64,000 nucleotides of DNA. Origin: Kiritimatiellia bacterium. Lineage in GTDB: Bacteria > Verrucomicrobiota > Kiritimatiellia > RFP12 > JBMNHG01. Where the stretch lies: positions 824,654 through 888,653 of the forward strand of contig JBMNHG010000002.1 of the NCBI GenBank assembly GCA_050950285.1, read 5' to 3'. The translations under genes were made by a program, and so were the position numbers. Below are positions 21,123 through 31,470 of this stretch, one piece after another; the first letter of the stretch is position 1, and every line of letters begins with the position of its first letter. A model generated the notes under the pieces. That model searched no databases, was not told where the DNA came from, and saw nothing but the letters and a program-made list of their open reading frames with translations.

Positions 21123-22629
21123 CGTTCGCCTCCATCGGACGGATCATGGACTCGATGAAGGCGATCTCGTCCTGGGTAAGCCTGTATTTCTCGTACAGCA
21201 CCTCGTCGGTCCAAGTACGGTTCCAGGGTTGCCGAGGCACCCATGTATAAGTCGAGCGAGTGGCGTGTTGGCTAATTTTTCGTAGCGATACAAGGAATCG
21301 GAAGAACCGTGTGCGCAGGTAGCTGTTGAGACTTTTCGCCTGCCTTTCTGACGAGACGTAGAAAAACAAATACGTCTGTGTACAGACGGATGGAGATTCT
21401 GCGACGAAACTTGGGCCGAGAACCGTTGCGGGTCGTGTCCCTCGCTCGCCGTAGGCTTGGGGAACCATGACCTTCCACGTGTCGATCAGATGGGCGCTCT
21501 TGCCGATGTCCTTGCGGTTGATCCACCCGATCAGGCGTTTGCCCTTGCGGTTGTAGTGCAATGCTACATCGTTCGGATTCTGCTTTTCTTTGTGGAAACC
21601 GTCAAAGTTAGATGTCCATCCAAACTCCTTGTCCACAGAAAGTATTTCGGTGATAGACGGCTCGCCTGCCTTGAGGACTTTACGGAGAATCTTCAGTGCG
21701 CGAATGTCTCGCACGAACACGTCGAATTCGTTTAGATCGCGAGCCACGGGGCCAATCGTCTCGTCCGCGCTGATGGAAGTGACCTCGCAATCGCCTTCGT
21801 TATCGCGGTCCCACAGGAAATAGCAGACCCCACCTTCGAAATCCACGCCAGGGAAGACGGCATCCATGCGTTCATAGTCCACCAGTTTCCGGATTCGGCG
21901 GTCTGACAACATTGATTTGCGAAAGTCCGATAAGCCCAGGCCCCCCGCCATCCAGCGAGATGGAAGTATCATGGAAAGGAACCGCGGTTTCAGTTTCTTG
22001 GCTTGATCCACGAATTTATTGTAAATGGGGATGTCGCGGGTTCCGCCATCTGAACCCATTTGATAGGGTGGATTGCTGACAATGACATCAAACTTCATGT
22101 TGAATATCTCCTCCGGCTTCTCGGCATGAAGAAAGTGATACGCATGGGTTTCCAGCTCAGGGCCGCGGTCGTATGCGTCCTTGCTTGCTCCGCAGAACAC
22201 ACAGTGTCCCTTTTCCCATGTGTGTTCCACCCGTCCGTAGCGGATGTTGCCGTCGGGGGTGTTGAAGGTTTCGCAGACGGAGTACTTTCCGTTGGCGGTC
22301 TTGGAACAGTAAACGGACCGGCGCGACAGCAGGGCGGTCAACTCCGTGATGGCGAGCCCGTAAAGCTGGTTCTTGAAGATGTGGTTCATCCGCTTCTGGC
22401 GATCGGGGATTTGCGGCTCCAGTCCCGTGTCCAGCCGCTTGGCGATCTCGCGCAGGAAGACGCCCGACTTGCAGCCGGGGTCGAGGAACGTCGCCTTCCT
22501 GTCGGTCCAGAGTGCCGGAGGAAGGAGGTCGAGCATGCGGTTGACCAGCTCCGGCGGAGTGAAGACCTCGTCGCTGCTTAGATTGGCCAGGCAGGAGAGA
22601 ACGTCGGGGTTGTAGCTACTGCTGGGCAT
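21112..22629 (-). CDS. N6-adenine DNA methyltransferase (Eco57I-like domain) with target-recognition region
   Basis: DEVFTP, FLDPGCKSGVFL, FDVIVSNPPYQ; overlaps both neighbours; lower-GC TRD segment. Confidence 0.88.
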   Translation of the reverse strand: MPSSSYNPDVLSCLANLSSDEVFTPPELVNRMLDLLPPALWTDRKATFLDPGCKSGVFLREIAKRLDTGLEPQIPDRQKRMNHIFKNQLYGLAITELTALLSRRSVYCSKTANGKYSVCETFNTPDGNIRYGRVEHTWEKGHCVFCGASKDAYDRGPELETHAYHFLHAEKPEEIFNMKFDVIVSNPPYQMGSDGGTRDIPIYNKFVDQAKKLKPRFLSMILPSRWMAGGLGLSDFRKSMLSDRRIRKLVDYERMDAVFPGVDFEGGVCYFLWDRDNEGDCEVTSISADETIGPVARDLNEFDVFVRDIRALKILRKVLKAGEPSITEILSVDKEFGWTSNFDGFHKEKQNPNDVALHYNRKGKRLIGWINRKDIGKSAHLIDTWKVMVPQAYGERGTRPATVLGPSFVAESPSVCTQTYLFFYVSSERQAKSLNSYLRTRFFRFLVSLRKISQHATRSTYTWVPRQPWNRTWTDEVLYEKYRLTQDEIAFIESMIRPMEANGEQ

Positions 22630-23272
22630 GGGCGAGCTCCATGAAGTGAACCGGTGGATACTCCCTGACCGGTGTAGGGATGAACACGTCCTCGCCAAGA
22701 TCGGAGAAGAGCGGCAACTCCTTCACGCCCTCGTGTGACAAAAGGTCATGGAAGGTGAAGTCCCGCCGCTTGATCAGGCTCCCGTTGACCGGCGACCATT
22801 CGGAAAAAACGATGTGTTCGGGGTTTGCTCCCACGGTCTTGAGGGTCAGGGCATCGCCCCGGACTATGTTGCGCCCGAGGATGAAACGTACCGCCTCGCG
22901 GCACTTCTCCTTTGCGCGACTTCTATAGAGGCGGGCATAAAAATCGCGGTCGAAGATGTCGTAGAGTCGGTCGCGGCACTGCCGGACATTGTCCTCCAGA
23001 ATGTCGATGCCGTAGATCGAGGAGACGGCCAGGACCGCGTTGCGCTCGAACTCAAGTTGCGACTGGCCGTAGCGTTTTTCAACGACCGTCAGCTTGCGCT
23101 CCAGAATCACGGCCAGGAAGTTGCCGTTGCCGCAGGCCGGCTCAAGGAAGCGGGAGTCAATGCGCTCGGCCTCCTGTTTTACAAGATCCAGCATGGCGTT
23201 GACCTCGCGCTTGCCGGTCAGCACCTCGCCGTAGTCCGCTACCCGCTTTTTAGAGATGACGTGCGATTCCAT
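22616..23272 (-). CDS. Short SAM-binding methyltransferase-like protein (no NPPY motif)
   Basis: RV.DYGEV.T..REVNAMLDLV, FLEPACGNGNFL, IYGIDILEDN, NIV.GDAL; no catalytic motif IV follows. Confidence 0.82.
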   Translation of the reverse strand: MESHVISKKRVADYGEVLTGKREVNAMLDLVKQEAERIDSRFLEPACGNGNFLAVILERKLTVVEKRYGQSQLEFERNAVLAVSSIYGIDILEDNVRQCRDRLYDIFDRDFYARLYRSRAKEKCREAVRFILGRNIVRGDALTLKTVGANPEHIVFSEWSPVNGSLIKRRDFTFHDLLSHEGVKELPLFSDLGEDVFIPTPVREYPPVHFMELAHAQQ

Positions 23273-23498
23273 CGATCCTTCCAGACGCCAAGCCGAGAAT
23301 GGCGTTACGCTCACAGGGGAGGAGGCCAGAGATTGGCCTCCAACCGCCGCTGAGTGCAGAAACGCTTGTATTCTTGGCTGTATCTCGTACCGTCCATTCT
23401 TTTAGTATAGAATAATGCTTCTTGAGAGCTGGTGCAAGCGGATGTTTTCGATTTTGGTCGTAAATCATCGGCATCCTGTCGTAAAATAGCCGGGCACC

Positions 23499-24893
<1,395 letters not shown>

Positions 24894-25034
24894 GTGGGTA
24901 GGAGCAGTGGGCAGTGGCATGCGGGCCTTGAATAACGGGATGGTCGAAAGAATCGAAGCAGAACCATTTGCCTGCGGCTCGCCCTTCCTTCGCGCTACTT
25001 TGCGTCCCCTGGCGGCTTCATTCCTTGCAGTACC

Positions 25035-25084
25035 GTTGCACTATTGCAACCAACGCAATGCGTGGTGTCGCATTCATGCGACAC
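25035..25084. promoter_or_regulatory. Two palindromic enhancer (UAS) sites, consensus GTYGCA-N4-TGCRAC
   Basis: GTTGCA-CTAT-TGCAAC (25035-25050) and GTGTCGCA-TTCA-TGCGACAC (25065-25084), about 100 bp upstream of a sigma54-like box. Confidence 0.65.
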
Positions 25085-25170
25085 AATCCATACGCGCCAC
25101 TTGCCGTTGCCATCTCGTTAAAATGCTGTGGTGCAGCATTCTAGCGCGTATATCCGCCCGTTTGGCCATG

Positions 25171-25187
25171 TTGGCACGCTTTCTGAT
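25171..25187 (+). promoter_or_regulatory. Sigma54-type -24/-12 promoter (non-canonical -12)
   Basis: TTGGCACGCTTTCTGAT: TGGCAC at -24 matches; GG-N10-GA instead of GC. Confidence 0.55.
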
Positions 25188-25221
25188 ACTCCATAGGTGA
25201 ACGTTTAGGATGACAATCGCC

Positions 25222-25695
25222 ATGAAGACACTTTTACTGACAACCTGGAACGGCCGGATCTCGCCGGTATTGGATGTGGCGCGTCAGGCGGAGCTTGTGA
25301 CGGCCGATGCGGAAGGCATCGCATCGCGGACGACCGTGAAGCTGCCGGGCAAAGATCCCGAGGGCCAGGCGGAAGCCCTGCGGGCCTTGAAGCCGCAGGT
25401 GCTGGTTTGCGGCGCGGTCTCGCGCCCCCTGGCCTCTCTGCTCATGGCGGATGAGATCCAGCTGGTTCCCTTCAGGACCGGCGCGGTCGACGAGATCATC
25501 GAGGCGTGGCTTCAGGGACACCTTGACGAGGCGGCCATCCTGATGCCCGGATGCCGCGGTCGCCGGATGGGCTGGTGCCAAGGCCGGGGACGTGGCCGCC
25601 AGGGGCGGCATGGCGGCGCGGGACGCGGCGGCGCCGGCACGATGCTTGCGGCAATCCGGAATTGCAGAGCCCGAAGGAAAGGACAGACAAGATGA
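25222..25695 (+). CDS. NifB/NifX-family (FeMo-cofactor-binding domain) protein with Gly/Arg-rich tail
   Basis: W.GRISPVLDVA, VLVCGAVS, G.VDEII.AW..G.L....LMPGC.GRR; start could be 25210. Confidence 0.8.
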   Translation: MKTLLLTTWNGRISPVLDVARQAELVTADAEGIASRTTVKLPGKDPEGQAEALRALKPQVLVCGAVSRPLASLLMADEIQLVPFRTGAVDEIIEAWLQGHLDEAAILMPGCRGRRMGWCQGRGRGRQGRHGGAGRGGAGTMLAAIRNCRARRKGQTR

Positions 25696-26056
25696 AGCTG
25701 GTGATGACTTCCACGGGGGATACGCTGACGTGCACGCTTGATCCGCGTTTTGGCCGCGCCAGGTATTTTATCGCCGTGGACACGGAGACCGGGGCATTCG
25801 AAGGCCCATGAGCAATCGGCAGAACCTCCAGGCCGCGCAGGGCGCGGGAATCCAGGCGGCGCAGAGCGTCGTCGACATGGGCGCGGAAGCGGTGGTGACC
25901 GGCAATGTCGGCCCCAAGGCCTTCCGCGTGCTCGATGCGGCGGGCATCGCCGTCTATCTCTGCGGCGAGGCCAGCGTGGAAGAAGCGCTGGAACGCTTCA
26001 GGAAGGGCGAGCTGAAGGCCGTTGATGGCGCCAACGTGGGAGGCCACTGGGCGTGA
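25692..26056 (+). pseudogene. NifB/NifX-family Orange-protein (MTH1175-like) homologue, split by a frameshift near 25805
   Basis: MKL..TS.G..L...LDPRFGRA.YF..VD.ET (25692-25811) continues in another frame as N.QN..AAQGAGIQAAQ...VTGNVGPKAF..ANV.GHW (25808-26056). Confidence 0.8.
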
Positions 26057-26637
26057 GCACGACGGGCTATACCTTCCGTCCGATCGGCATCGTCCGTACC
26101 GGGCACACGGAGGCGGCAAGGACGCCGATCCAGCCCGTCTTTGCGGATGATTGCAGCGGACGGGCCGAGGTGCTGCCGGAGTTTGCGGACGGATTGAAGG
26201 ATGTCGAGGGTTTCTCGCATCTTTACCTTCTCTACGTCTTTGACCGGGCTGACGAATCGCGGCTGTTGCTGAAGCCCTTCATGCAGGATGTCGTGCGGGG
26301 CGTCTTTGCCACGCGCGCGCCGCGTCGTCCGAATGCTATAGGGCTAAGCATCGTGCGTCTGGTACGGCGCGAAGGAAACGTGCTGTATTTTCAAGGGGCG
26401 GACATGCTGGATGGCACTCCGCTTCTCGATATCAAGCCCTACACGGCAACGTTCGACCGGATCGAGACTATCCGCAATGGTTGGCAGGACGAGGTCGATC
26501 CCGTGGAGGCGCGCCGCCGGGGGCGGCGCGGCTATACGGGGTCGGCATCACAGACTGGCGACGAGCCGGGTGCCGACGAAGCCCGCGGCCAGCTTCAAGC
26601 CGCGAGGTGCCGGAAGAGCACGGAAGAGCACAACTGA
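26053..26637 (+). CDS. tsaA: TsaA/TrmO-family SAM-dependent tRNA (t6A37) methyltransferase
   Basis: PIG, GL.DVEGFSH, RGVFATRAPRRPNAIGLS, DMLDGTPLLDIKPY. Confidence 0.9.
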   Translation: MSTTGYTFRPIGIVRTGHTEAARTPIQPVFADDCSGRAEVLPEFADGLKDVEGFSHLYLLYVFDRADESRLLLKPFMQDVVRGVFATRAPRRPNAIGLSIVRLVRREGNVLYFQGADMLDGTPLLDIKPYTATFDRIETIRNGWQDEVDPVEARRRGRRGYTGSASQTGDEPGADEARGQLQAARCRKSTEEHN

Positions 26638-26710
26638 TTACAAAAGGTTTCCGAGCCTAGTAGTGGTCGGCCGGAAACCTGTCACATCGGCCACAGTTGA
26701 GAGGTACAAC

Positions 26711-27070
26711 ATGCCAAGAGGCGATGGAACAGGACCCATGGGAATGGGTCCGATGACGGGGCGCGCAGCCGGTTTCTGCGCGGGATACGGGGTTCCGGGA
26801 TGCCAGAACCCGGTTGGCGGTCGCGGCGGTATGGGTATGGGGCGCGGGTTGGGCGCAGGTCGCGGCTTCGGCTGCGGCGGCCGCGGCTGGCGCAACCAGT
26901 TTCATGCCACCGGCCTGACCGGATGGCAGCGGGCCGCAGGCGGTTTTGCTCCGGCGGAACTGTCCGCCGAGCAGCAACTGGCTGCGCTGAAGAGCCAGGC
27001 CGAGTTTGCCGAGAAGCAGCTCGATGGAATCCGGCAACGGATCCATGAGCTGGAAACGAAGACCGAGTAG
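26711..27070 (+). CDS. DUF5320-family Gly-rich protein
   Basis: MPRGDGTGPMGMGPMTGRAAGFCAG, GRGWRN.F.ATGL.GW.R, coiled-coil tail; GAGG SD. Confidence 0.85.
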   Translation: MPRGDGTGPMGMGPMTGRAAGFCAGYGVPGCQNPVGGRGGMGMGRGLGAGRGFGCGGRGWRNQFHATGLTGWQRAAGGFAPAELSAEQQLAALKSQAEFAEKQLDGIRQRIHELETKTE

Positions 27071-27152
27071 GATGTCGCAGTTCCCCGTCCTCCGAAACGA
27101 AGCGGGGGGCGAGGAGAGTCTCACGCAAGAACAAGAAAGGAAGAGGTGCAAG

Positions 27153-27416
27153 ATGCCTGGAAGAGATGGAACAGGCCCGTTGGGCGGCGGTCCGGGAAGC
27201 GGACGTGGTTTGGGCGGATGTGGTCTGGGTGGACGCGGCGCAGGCGGCGGCCGAAAGGGCGGCGGCAGGCGCATGGGCGGCATGGGATTGGGTGCTGGCG
27301 GCAACTGCGTTTGCCCCAAGTGCGGCAAGACCGTGCCCCATCAGGTCGGCGTGCCCTGCACACGGGTCGCCTGTCCCGACTGCGGAACCAAGATGACGCG
27401 CGCCGCCGGGGCGTAA
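27153..27416 (+). CDS. DUF5320-like Gly-rich protein with C-terminal Cys cluster
   Basis: MPGRDGTGP.G.GPG.GRG.G.C, then CVCPKCG..VPHQ.G.PC....CP.CG..M.R. Confidence 0.8.
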   Translation: MPGRDGTGPLGGGPGSGRGLGGCGLGGRGAGGGRKGGGRRMGGMGLGAGGNCVCPKCGKTVPHQVGVPCTRVACPDCGTKMTRAAGA

Positions 27417-27438
27417 TCGAAAGATCGAGGCGCACACG

Positions 27439-29265
27439 ATGGCGACACTGACCATTGCCAGCGGCAAGGGGGGGACGGGCAAGACCACCTTCGCCGTGAA
27501 CCTGGCGTATGCGCTCGCACAACGCGGCGACAAGGTGCGGCTGCTGGACTGCGATGTCGAGGAGCCGAACGACTTCCTCTTCGTCAAGCCGGCTTTCACC
27601 GGCGAAGAAGAGGTGACCGTTCTCAAGCCGGTATGCGATGCCGGCGCCTGCACGGGCTGCGGCCAGTGCGCCGAAGCGTGCAACTACAACGCCATTGCCG
27701 TGGTCAAGGGGAAGGTTCTGATCTTCAACGAACTGTGCCACTCGTGCGGTGTCTGCTCCTTCGTATGCCCGGAAAGGGCGTTGTCGGAAGAGCCTGCCGT
27801 CATCGGCAAGGTGCAGGTGGCGGAAGCCCCTCCCGGCCGCAAGCCGGACGATGGTGCGGCAGGCTTCTTCTTCGCGCACGGCATGCTCGACATCGGCGAG
27901 GCGCTGGGACCGAACATCGTGCGCGCGGTCAAGACCCACGTGGAGCCCGACGCCATCAACATCATCGATGCCGCGCCGGGCACGGCGTGCTCGGTTGTCG
28001 CGGCGGTACAGGGCGCCGACGCCGTGCTGTTGGTGACGGAGCCGACGCCCTTCGGCTTAAACGATCTGAAGCTCGCGGTCGGGCTGACGCTGGAACTGGG
28101 CGTGCCGACGGGCATCGTCGTGAACCGTTCCGACGGCGAAGACAAGCTGATCGCCGATTACGCCCGCGCCCACGGCATTCCGATTGCCGGGCGCATCCCC
28201 TTCAAACGGGAATATGCCGAGGCCTACTCCGGCGGCGGAATCCTGGTGGATCGGTTCCCGGAATTCCGGAGCAACCTGCTGCAAATCTACGACAACCTGC
28301 AGACGGCGAAACCGCCCGTGCCGGAGATCGAGGCCTTCGCCGTGTCCGAGGCGGCCAGGCCGCCGTTTGAGAAGGGAACCGCGAAGTGGTTCCGGGAAAT
28401 CACGGTCATCAGCGGCAAGGGCGGCACCGGCAAGACCACGCTGGTGGCCTCGCTGGCACAGCTGGCGCAGGAGAAGGTGCTGGCGGACAACGATGTCGAT
28501 GCCGCCGATCTCCACCTGTTGCTGACCCCCGTCGTGCTTGAGAAGCATGACTTTGCCGGCGGCACGAAGGCCACGATCGATCCCGGCAAGTGCCTGGGAT
28601 GCGGAGTGTGTGCCGCCATCTGCCATTTCGATGCCATCCACAAGGAGGGCACCGTCTACCGTATCGACGAGATGCGTTGCGAGGGATGCGGACTCTGCCC
28701 GCGCGTCTGCCCCGCAGGCGCCATCCATAGCGAACGCAACATCACGGGCCAGTGGTTTGTCTCGTGGACGCCATGGGGGGCGATGACGCATGCCCGCCTG
28801 GGCATCGCGGAGGAGAACTCCGGGCGTCTGGTGGCGCGCGTCCGCGAGCGGGCGGCGGAACTCGCCGACGAGCTGCACCTGCCGTTGATCCTCGGCGATG
28901 GCCCCCCGGGCACCGGCTGTCCGGTCATCGCCTCCGTCACGGGAACCGACCTGGTCGTGATCGTCACGGAGCCTACGGTCTCCGGGGTTCACGACATGGA
29001 GCGGGTGCTGAAACTGACGAGGCACTTCGGCGTGCCGGCCGTGATCGTAATCAACAAGGCGGATTTGAACGCCGGGCAGGCTCAGCGAATCGAGACGATC
29101 GCCAGCCAGGCCGGCTCGCGTGTGATTGGCCGCATTCCCTTCGACAAGGAGGTCAACGACGCGCTGATGGCCGGCAAGACGGTGATCGAATTCGGGAATG
29201 GCAAGGCGTCGCAGGCCATCCGGGAGATCTGGCGGCAGATTCAGGCGACACTCGAGAAGTGTTGA
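27439..29265 (+). CDS. Fusion of two MinD/Mrp-like P-loop ATPases, each with a 2x[4Fe-4S] ferredoxin insert
   Basis: ASGKGGTGKTT and ISGKGGTGKTT; DCDVEEPN and D.DVDAADL; four ferredoxin Cys motifs; PGTAC/PPGTGC; VTEPTPFG and VTEPTVSG. Confidence 0.92.
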   Translation: MATLTIASGKGGTGKTTFAVNLAYALAQRGDKVRLLDCDVEEPNDFLFVKPAFTGEEEVTVLKPVCDAGACTGCGQCAEACNYNAIAVVKGKVLIFNELCHSCGVCSFVCPERALSEEPAVIGKVQVAEAPPGRKPDDGAAGFFFAHGMLDIGEALGPNIVRAVKTHVEPDAINIIDAAPGTACSVVAAVQGADAVLLVTEPTPFGLNDLKLAVGLTLELGVPTGIVVNRSDGEDKLIADYARAHGIPIAGRIPFKREYAEAYSGGGILVDRFPEFRSNLLQIYDNLQTAKPPVPEIEAFAVSEAARPPFEKGTAKWFREITVISGKGGTGKTTLVASLAQLAQEKVLADNDVDAADLHLLLTPVVLEKHDFAGGTKATIDPGKCLGCGVCAAICHFDAIHKEGTVYRIDEMRCEGCGLCPRVCPAGAIHSERNITGQWFVSWTPWGAMTHARLGIAEENSGRLVARVRERAAELADELHLPLILGDGPPGTGCPVIASVTGTDLVVIVTEPTVSGVHDMERVLKLTRHFGVPAVIVINKADLNAGQAQRIETIASQAGSRVIGRIPFDKEVNDALMAGKTVIEFGNGKASQAIREIWRQIQATLEKC

Positions 29266-29341
29266 CAAGGTTGGCTTGGAGCGAGGCGTTTACCATAATG
29301 AAAACCACTACTAACTCGGCCACAATTCATACTGCAAAACA

Positions 29342-29390
29342 GGGGCACGGGTTTTCCAACCCGTGACACGGACAGGAATGTCCATGCCCC
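29342..29390. repeat. Solitary REP doublet (REPIN) of the family flanking the RAYT gene
   Basis: GGGGCACGGGTTTTCCAACCCGTG-A-CACGGACAGGAATGTCCATGCCCC, the same units as at 49839-51188. Confidence 0.9.
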
Positions 29391-29457
29391 TTTCCCAACT
29401 CCAAATTCCAGCTCCCAATGCCTAAATCCCCGCGCGTAGCGCTATTTGTGGCCGGGT

Positions 29458-30413
29458 TAGTAGCATCCCATAGGCGGCTGAAAGCGGCGGGCATATTGCC
29501 CCCTTTCCCCATTGATTTGCAGGGTTTTTTGGGCATGTGCTATCCCACGGGCCGGCTCGCGAATGGCTCGAATCCTTGGAAATAGAGCTGTTTCCCGACA
29601 ATTACAGGGCGCTTTGGGCCGCCTGCCGTCCCATACTTCCGCAGGGCGTCGAGCAGGTCGATCCTCATCCAGACGGCGGACCTGACGACCCCGGCGAGCC
29701 GGGAAAAGCTCAGTCCCCATTTCGAGACGTGCTTGAGGAATCGCAGCAGCAGATGCGCCAGCAGCCCGATCCAGACCTGCCACTTGACCGCGTTCTCGTT
29801 GTACCCGACGAAATCCGCGAGCTGGAGCGTCTGCTTGAGTGCCTTGAAGAACGACTCGATGACCCACCGGGCGCGGTAGAGGTCGGAGACGGTGCGGGAG
29901 CTCCACGCGAAATGGTTGGTGATGAACGTCATTTCCCGCTCCTGCCCGTCCACCTCGACGACGGCGACGACGCGGCGCAGGGGCCCGGGGTACTTCCCGC
30001 CGTCAGCCTGCCCCGCAGGCGCATGGTCTGGTCCTTGAGTATGCGCCGGTCCGGAGGTGCTCGAACACCTCCCAGTAGAGCAGCGCCAGCACATGGCTGG
30101 CGCAGGAGAATCTGCGGATGTCCGCCCCGGCGTCGCGCGCGATCCTGTCCGGCAATCCCGCGGGAATCCACTGGACGACAAATCCACTGGACGATCTGGC
30201 GCAGGGTGGTGTACGATGTTCTTGCTGGCCTCTCGGTTGCGCGTTTACGCGCCTTGGTCGATTTTTTTTCATGATGCCTGTAGGCTACAGGCAGACGGTT
30301 GGGAGGTCAGCCTTTTTCCCCAATCCGGGTCGGCACTCTCGTCTTGAGCGCGTGCGCTGACTTCCAACGGGGGAAGGCAGGAGTGATTTCGGCAAGCCTA
30401 TGGGATGCCAGTG
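29458..30413 (-). mobile_element. Internally deleted IS4-family element (transposase pseudogene) with terminal inverted repeats
   Basis: IRs TAGTAGCATCCCATAGGC (29458) and GCCTATGGGATGCCAGTG (30396-30413), 15/18; C-term FITN...LYRARW.IE.FFK.LKQ.L (29540-30000); N-term fragment 30003-30272. Confidence 0.85.
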
Positions 30414-30435
30414 TAATGAAAACAAGAGGCTTAAC

Positions 30436-31452
30436 ATGAAAAACGAGGCTATGATGAATGATCCTGAAGCATTTGCCGCCGCAGGGGGCGACAAGCTGCC
30501 TGCCATGCTCTACCGGCGGCTGGGGCGCACCAACCTGCGGGTGTCGGAACTCGGCTACGGCGCGGCCCGCGGCGCGGTGGAAGACCGGCAGCAGTTCATC
30601 ACTACCGTCAAGAGCGCCATCGATGCCGGTATCAACTTTGTGGATACCGCCGCCGACTATGAGGATGGCGCCAGCGAGGAGGCGCTCGGGGAGGCGCTGC
30701 GCGGGCATGACGACGTGATCGTCGAGACCAAGTACCGTCCTTATGATGGGTGGGCACCCGCAGCCAACTATACCGGATCGCCCGACGCGCTGGTGGCCTC
30801 CGTGGAGCGCAGTCTGCGGCGTCTGCGGCGCGATCATGTGGATATCCTGCTGGGGCATGGTATCCGGACGCTGGAGTCGCTCGACCGCTTCATGTCCGAT
30901 GGCTGTTGGGATGCCATGGTGCGCCTGCGCGACCAGGGCAAGGTGCGCTTCATCGGCATCAGCGAGCTCTCGGAGGGCGACGGTACGCACGAGATTCTGC
31001 GCCATGCCGTGCCTACCGGCGCGTTCGATGTGGTCATGCTCACGATCAACATTTTTCTCCAGACGGCGGCTGAGGAGGTGCTGCCGCTCTGCCGCAAGCA
31101 CGACGTGGGTACCGTGGTGATGATGCCGCTGAACCAGGCGTCGAGGGAGTCGGGGCTGGTCTCGGTGCCGGCGGCGCTGGAGAGTGTGCGGCGCGGCATC
31201 GCGGCGGGCTATCTGCCGGACGAGCCTCCCTACACCAACCCCGGTCTATTCGATTTCCTGCAACCCTACAGCATCCCCGAGGCGGCCCTGCGCTATGTCC
31301 TTGCACAGGAAATCGGCACCTGCTGCGTCGGCGCACGCGCCCCGGAGCGGGTGCGGCAGAACCTGCGGGCAGTGGAGCCGCCCTATCTGGATGCCGCCCG
31401 GATGGAGCAGTTGCAGACCCTGTTCGGGCGTCTCCGGACGCAAGTTCGTTGA
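30436..31452 (+). CDS. Aldo/keto reductase
   Basis: YRRLGRTNLRVSELGYG, GINFVDTA.DY..G.SEE.LG, ETK, SVERSLRRL, GKVRFIGIS; start could be 30451. Confidence 0.9.
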   Translation: MKNEAMMNDPEAFAAAGGDKLPAMLYRRLGRTNLRVSELGYGAARGAVEDRQQFITTVKSAIDAGINFVDTAADYEDGASEEALGEALRGHDDVIVETKYRPYDGWAPAANYTGSPDALVASVERSLRRLRRDHVDILLGHGIRTLESLDRFMSDGCWDAMVRLRDQGKVRFIGISELSEGDGTHEILRHAVPTGAFDVVMLTINIFLQTAAEEVLPLCRKHDVGTVVMMPLNQASRESGLVSVPAALESVRRGIAAGYLPDEPPYTNPGLFDFLQPYSIPEAALRYVLAQEIGTCCVGARAPERVRQNLRAVEPPYLDAARMEQLQTLFGRLRTQVR

Positions 31453-31470
31453 CCTGTTGAAAGGAATTGC

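Noticed and set aside
26645..26680. Hairpin AGGTTTCCG/CGGAAACCT with TCCGAGCCT, reminiscent of the Moco RNA motif
   Set aside because: Far too short and lacks the downstream CCTCCC...GGAAAGGAG elements; more likely an mRNA stability or processing stem
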